Assembly: GCF_006345805.1 (NCBI RefSeq)
Contig: NC_043006.1
Location: forward strand, 27,900,001-27,964,000
DNA from: Octopus sinensis
Lineage: Eukaryota
Length of the DNA: 64,000 bases
Direction: 5' to 3'
This document shows, piece by piece, positions 61,701 through 64,000 of the stretch. Numbering within the stretch: position 1 is the first letter of the stretch; every line of letters starts with the position of its first letter. The notes below the pieces were generated by a model, which saw only the letters and a list, made by a program, of their open reading frames with translations, searched no databases and was not told the DNA's origin. Both the position numbers and the translations under genes were made by a program.

Positions 61701-64000
61701 CTAAATGAAAAGTTATCTTGATGAAAACCCATTTGAAATATGATGCACATATGATCAGCTTGAATTCCAGTACCAATTAAATGGGATCATTCTGATTCTG
61801 AAGACAGAATGTTGGCAGAGTCATTAGTGTATTGGACAAAATGCTTATAGGAATTTCTTCCACCTCTTTACATTTGAGCTCAAATGCTGTTGAGGTTAAC
61901 TTTGTCTTTCATCCTTTCAGGGTCAATAAAATAACGTACCAGTCAAGTACTGGAGGTTTATGTAACCAAATTGCTCCCCTCCCCTCAAAATTGCTGCCTT
62001 GTGCCAAAAATTAGAAAGAGTTCTTTCTTTCTTTTTTGTTGAGTTATAAACAGAATTTGAATTTTTGAAAACCTATTTTAAAGCATATCATTTCAGGTTT
62101 AGATTTTACACCTTTTATATTTTGCATCAAAATTTGAGGGCAAACTTCAACATTTGATGACTTCATAAATGATATTGAATATAATAGAAATAGATTACTT
62201 GGCTAGGAACTTTAAGAAATAGCCATTTTAGATATCTTTCCCCAATTCTATAAATTGTAAAGTCTAATCATCATCATCAACATCATCATGTCTCTTTTTC
62301 CAAACACCACTTAAAATTATGAGAAAGCATCATTCAGAGTAAAACAAGAAGTTTGTACAGATTAGAAAAGTTAGAAAATACAGCTACCATTTTGATGATA
62401 TTTTAAAATTTATTCCTTGTCTAACCACCTAACCACATAATATCATCTTGTAGATGATTGATACATTATATGATTTTCTGTAAATATTAAATCAAAGTAT
62501 TTTTTCATTTTCTAATGAGAAGATGTATCTCGATCTATTTGAAAATGATAAGGACATCTCCAAGAAGAAACATTTACAAATAGTCTGAAGTTGTAAATTT
62601 TTACACAGCAAATAAAGTCTTGAAAATGAATTTATAAAAAACAAAAATGTAATTCTTGTTATTTTTGGATGCTATTAAAGTAACCTGGCGTTTTTATTGT
62701 AACTATAGCTTCAGTTAATGACAGCTGACAATAGGGATTACATGACAGAAAACGGCAGTATTCAGGAAATTAAACAGATTTTATAGCATGAATTCATTTG
62801 AATGTTTTATTAGGAAGTCCATGATAATTAGCAGTATTGGTCATCAGCTACGCACAAAGTGGAGTTTGTTTTCACTGTCTACTCTAGCTGACATATTTGG
62901 ATCACAAGAAAGCCAGCAAAGCTTATTGAAATGCTTTCACTTAGAGATCTGACCACAACATAAAATGAGAAAATTCATAACTATATTGTTTTCTTATTTA
63001 CTATTTTTTAATAGGTAAAGGTATGATTGATTAAGAACCTCATTTTACAACTGTGTAGTTTAGGGTTCAGTCCTGTTCCGTGGCACCTTGGGCAAGTATC
63101 TTATGCTATAGCTCCGGGTCAACCATGACCACTGCCATGTGAGAGAATTTGGTAGACAGAAACAGTGTGGAAAACCATTGTGTGTGTGTGTATACATATA
63201 TATATATATATATGTATAAATTAGAAAAAAAATTAAAATTTTTTTTGTAACCTCTTGTGTTTCCATAGCTTGCAATGAGTACACTGAATTCCTGTTCACA
63301 CCATTCCTACATGTCAAGTAAGGCATTTGCCTGAAGGGTAAATATATATAGTTTTATGCGCGCGCGTGTGTGTGTATACACATATACATACATATATCAT
63401 CATCATCATCATCATTTAACATCCATTGTTCATGCTGACATGGGTTGAATGGTGTTACTAGAGCTGGCAAGCTGGGGAGCTGCACCAGGCTCCAGTCTGA
63501 TTTGGCATGGTTTCTACAGCTGGATGCCCTTCCTCATGCCAACCACTTAACAGAGTGTGCTGGGTGCTTTTACATGGTGCTGCACAGGTACTTTTAGTTT
63601 TGCCAAAATTAGATTCATCAAAATAGTTCTGCCTGTTCCATTAGAAGCATTCAAGGAATTTTAACACCTATACCTATACCTATTCCTCTATCATACTTTA
63701 GCTTCTCAACATCTGGTGTAATGCCACCCCCCCCCCTCTCTACTATAACCTCAACCAATTGTGGTGTCTTTTCTTTACCTTGTGAGTTACTTGACAACCT
63801 CGCTACTTCTAGCGTCATGGAAAAAGGCACCCAGTACACTCCGCAAAGTGATGGCCTTAGAAAGGGCATCCAGCCATACAAACCATGCTAAAATGGACAT
63901 TGAAGCTCAACACATTCCTCCAGCTCATTGGATCCTACTGAGCTATGCATTACATGCCTGCATGGAAGATGGATGTTAAATGACGATGTATATATAATAT

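Overview
AT-rich, repeat-dense eukaryotic genomic DNA. The SINE, RTE and microsatellite content suggests an octopus (coleoid cephalopod), which is an inference. The ORF track is mostly noise, because the real genes are split into short exons. I reconstructed three genes by hand from splice sites and reading frame. (1) MLX/bigmax, a bHLH-ZIP factor: + strand, 7 coding exons, 2383-12375, 230 aa. (2) ALG3 mannosyltransferase: - strand, 9 coding exons, 22564-50506, 422 or 439 aa depending on the start codon. Its intron 7 is a 10,015-bp AT-AC minor-spliceosome (U12) intron. (3) The first coding exon of a CREB3/OASIS-family bZIP gene (+, 51133-51240), head-to-head with ALG3 across about 630 bp that contain a UPRE motif. 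Introns and intergenic DNA hold RTE and CR1-type LINE ends, several tRNA-SINE families, and remnants of Tc1/maT, mariner, piggyBac, hAT, Helitron, gypsy-gag and Penelope elements. There are also MITEs, long hairpins and candidate minimal hammerhead ribozymes. All translations and alignments were done by eye, and family names rest on remembered motifs rather than database searches.
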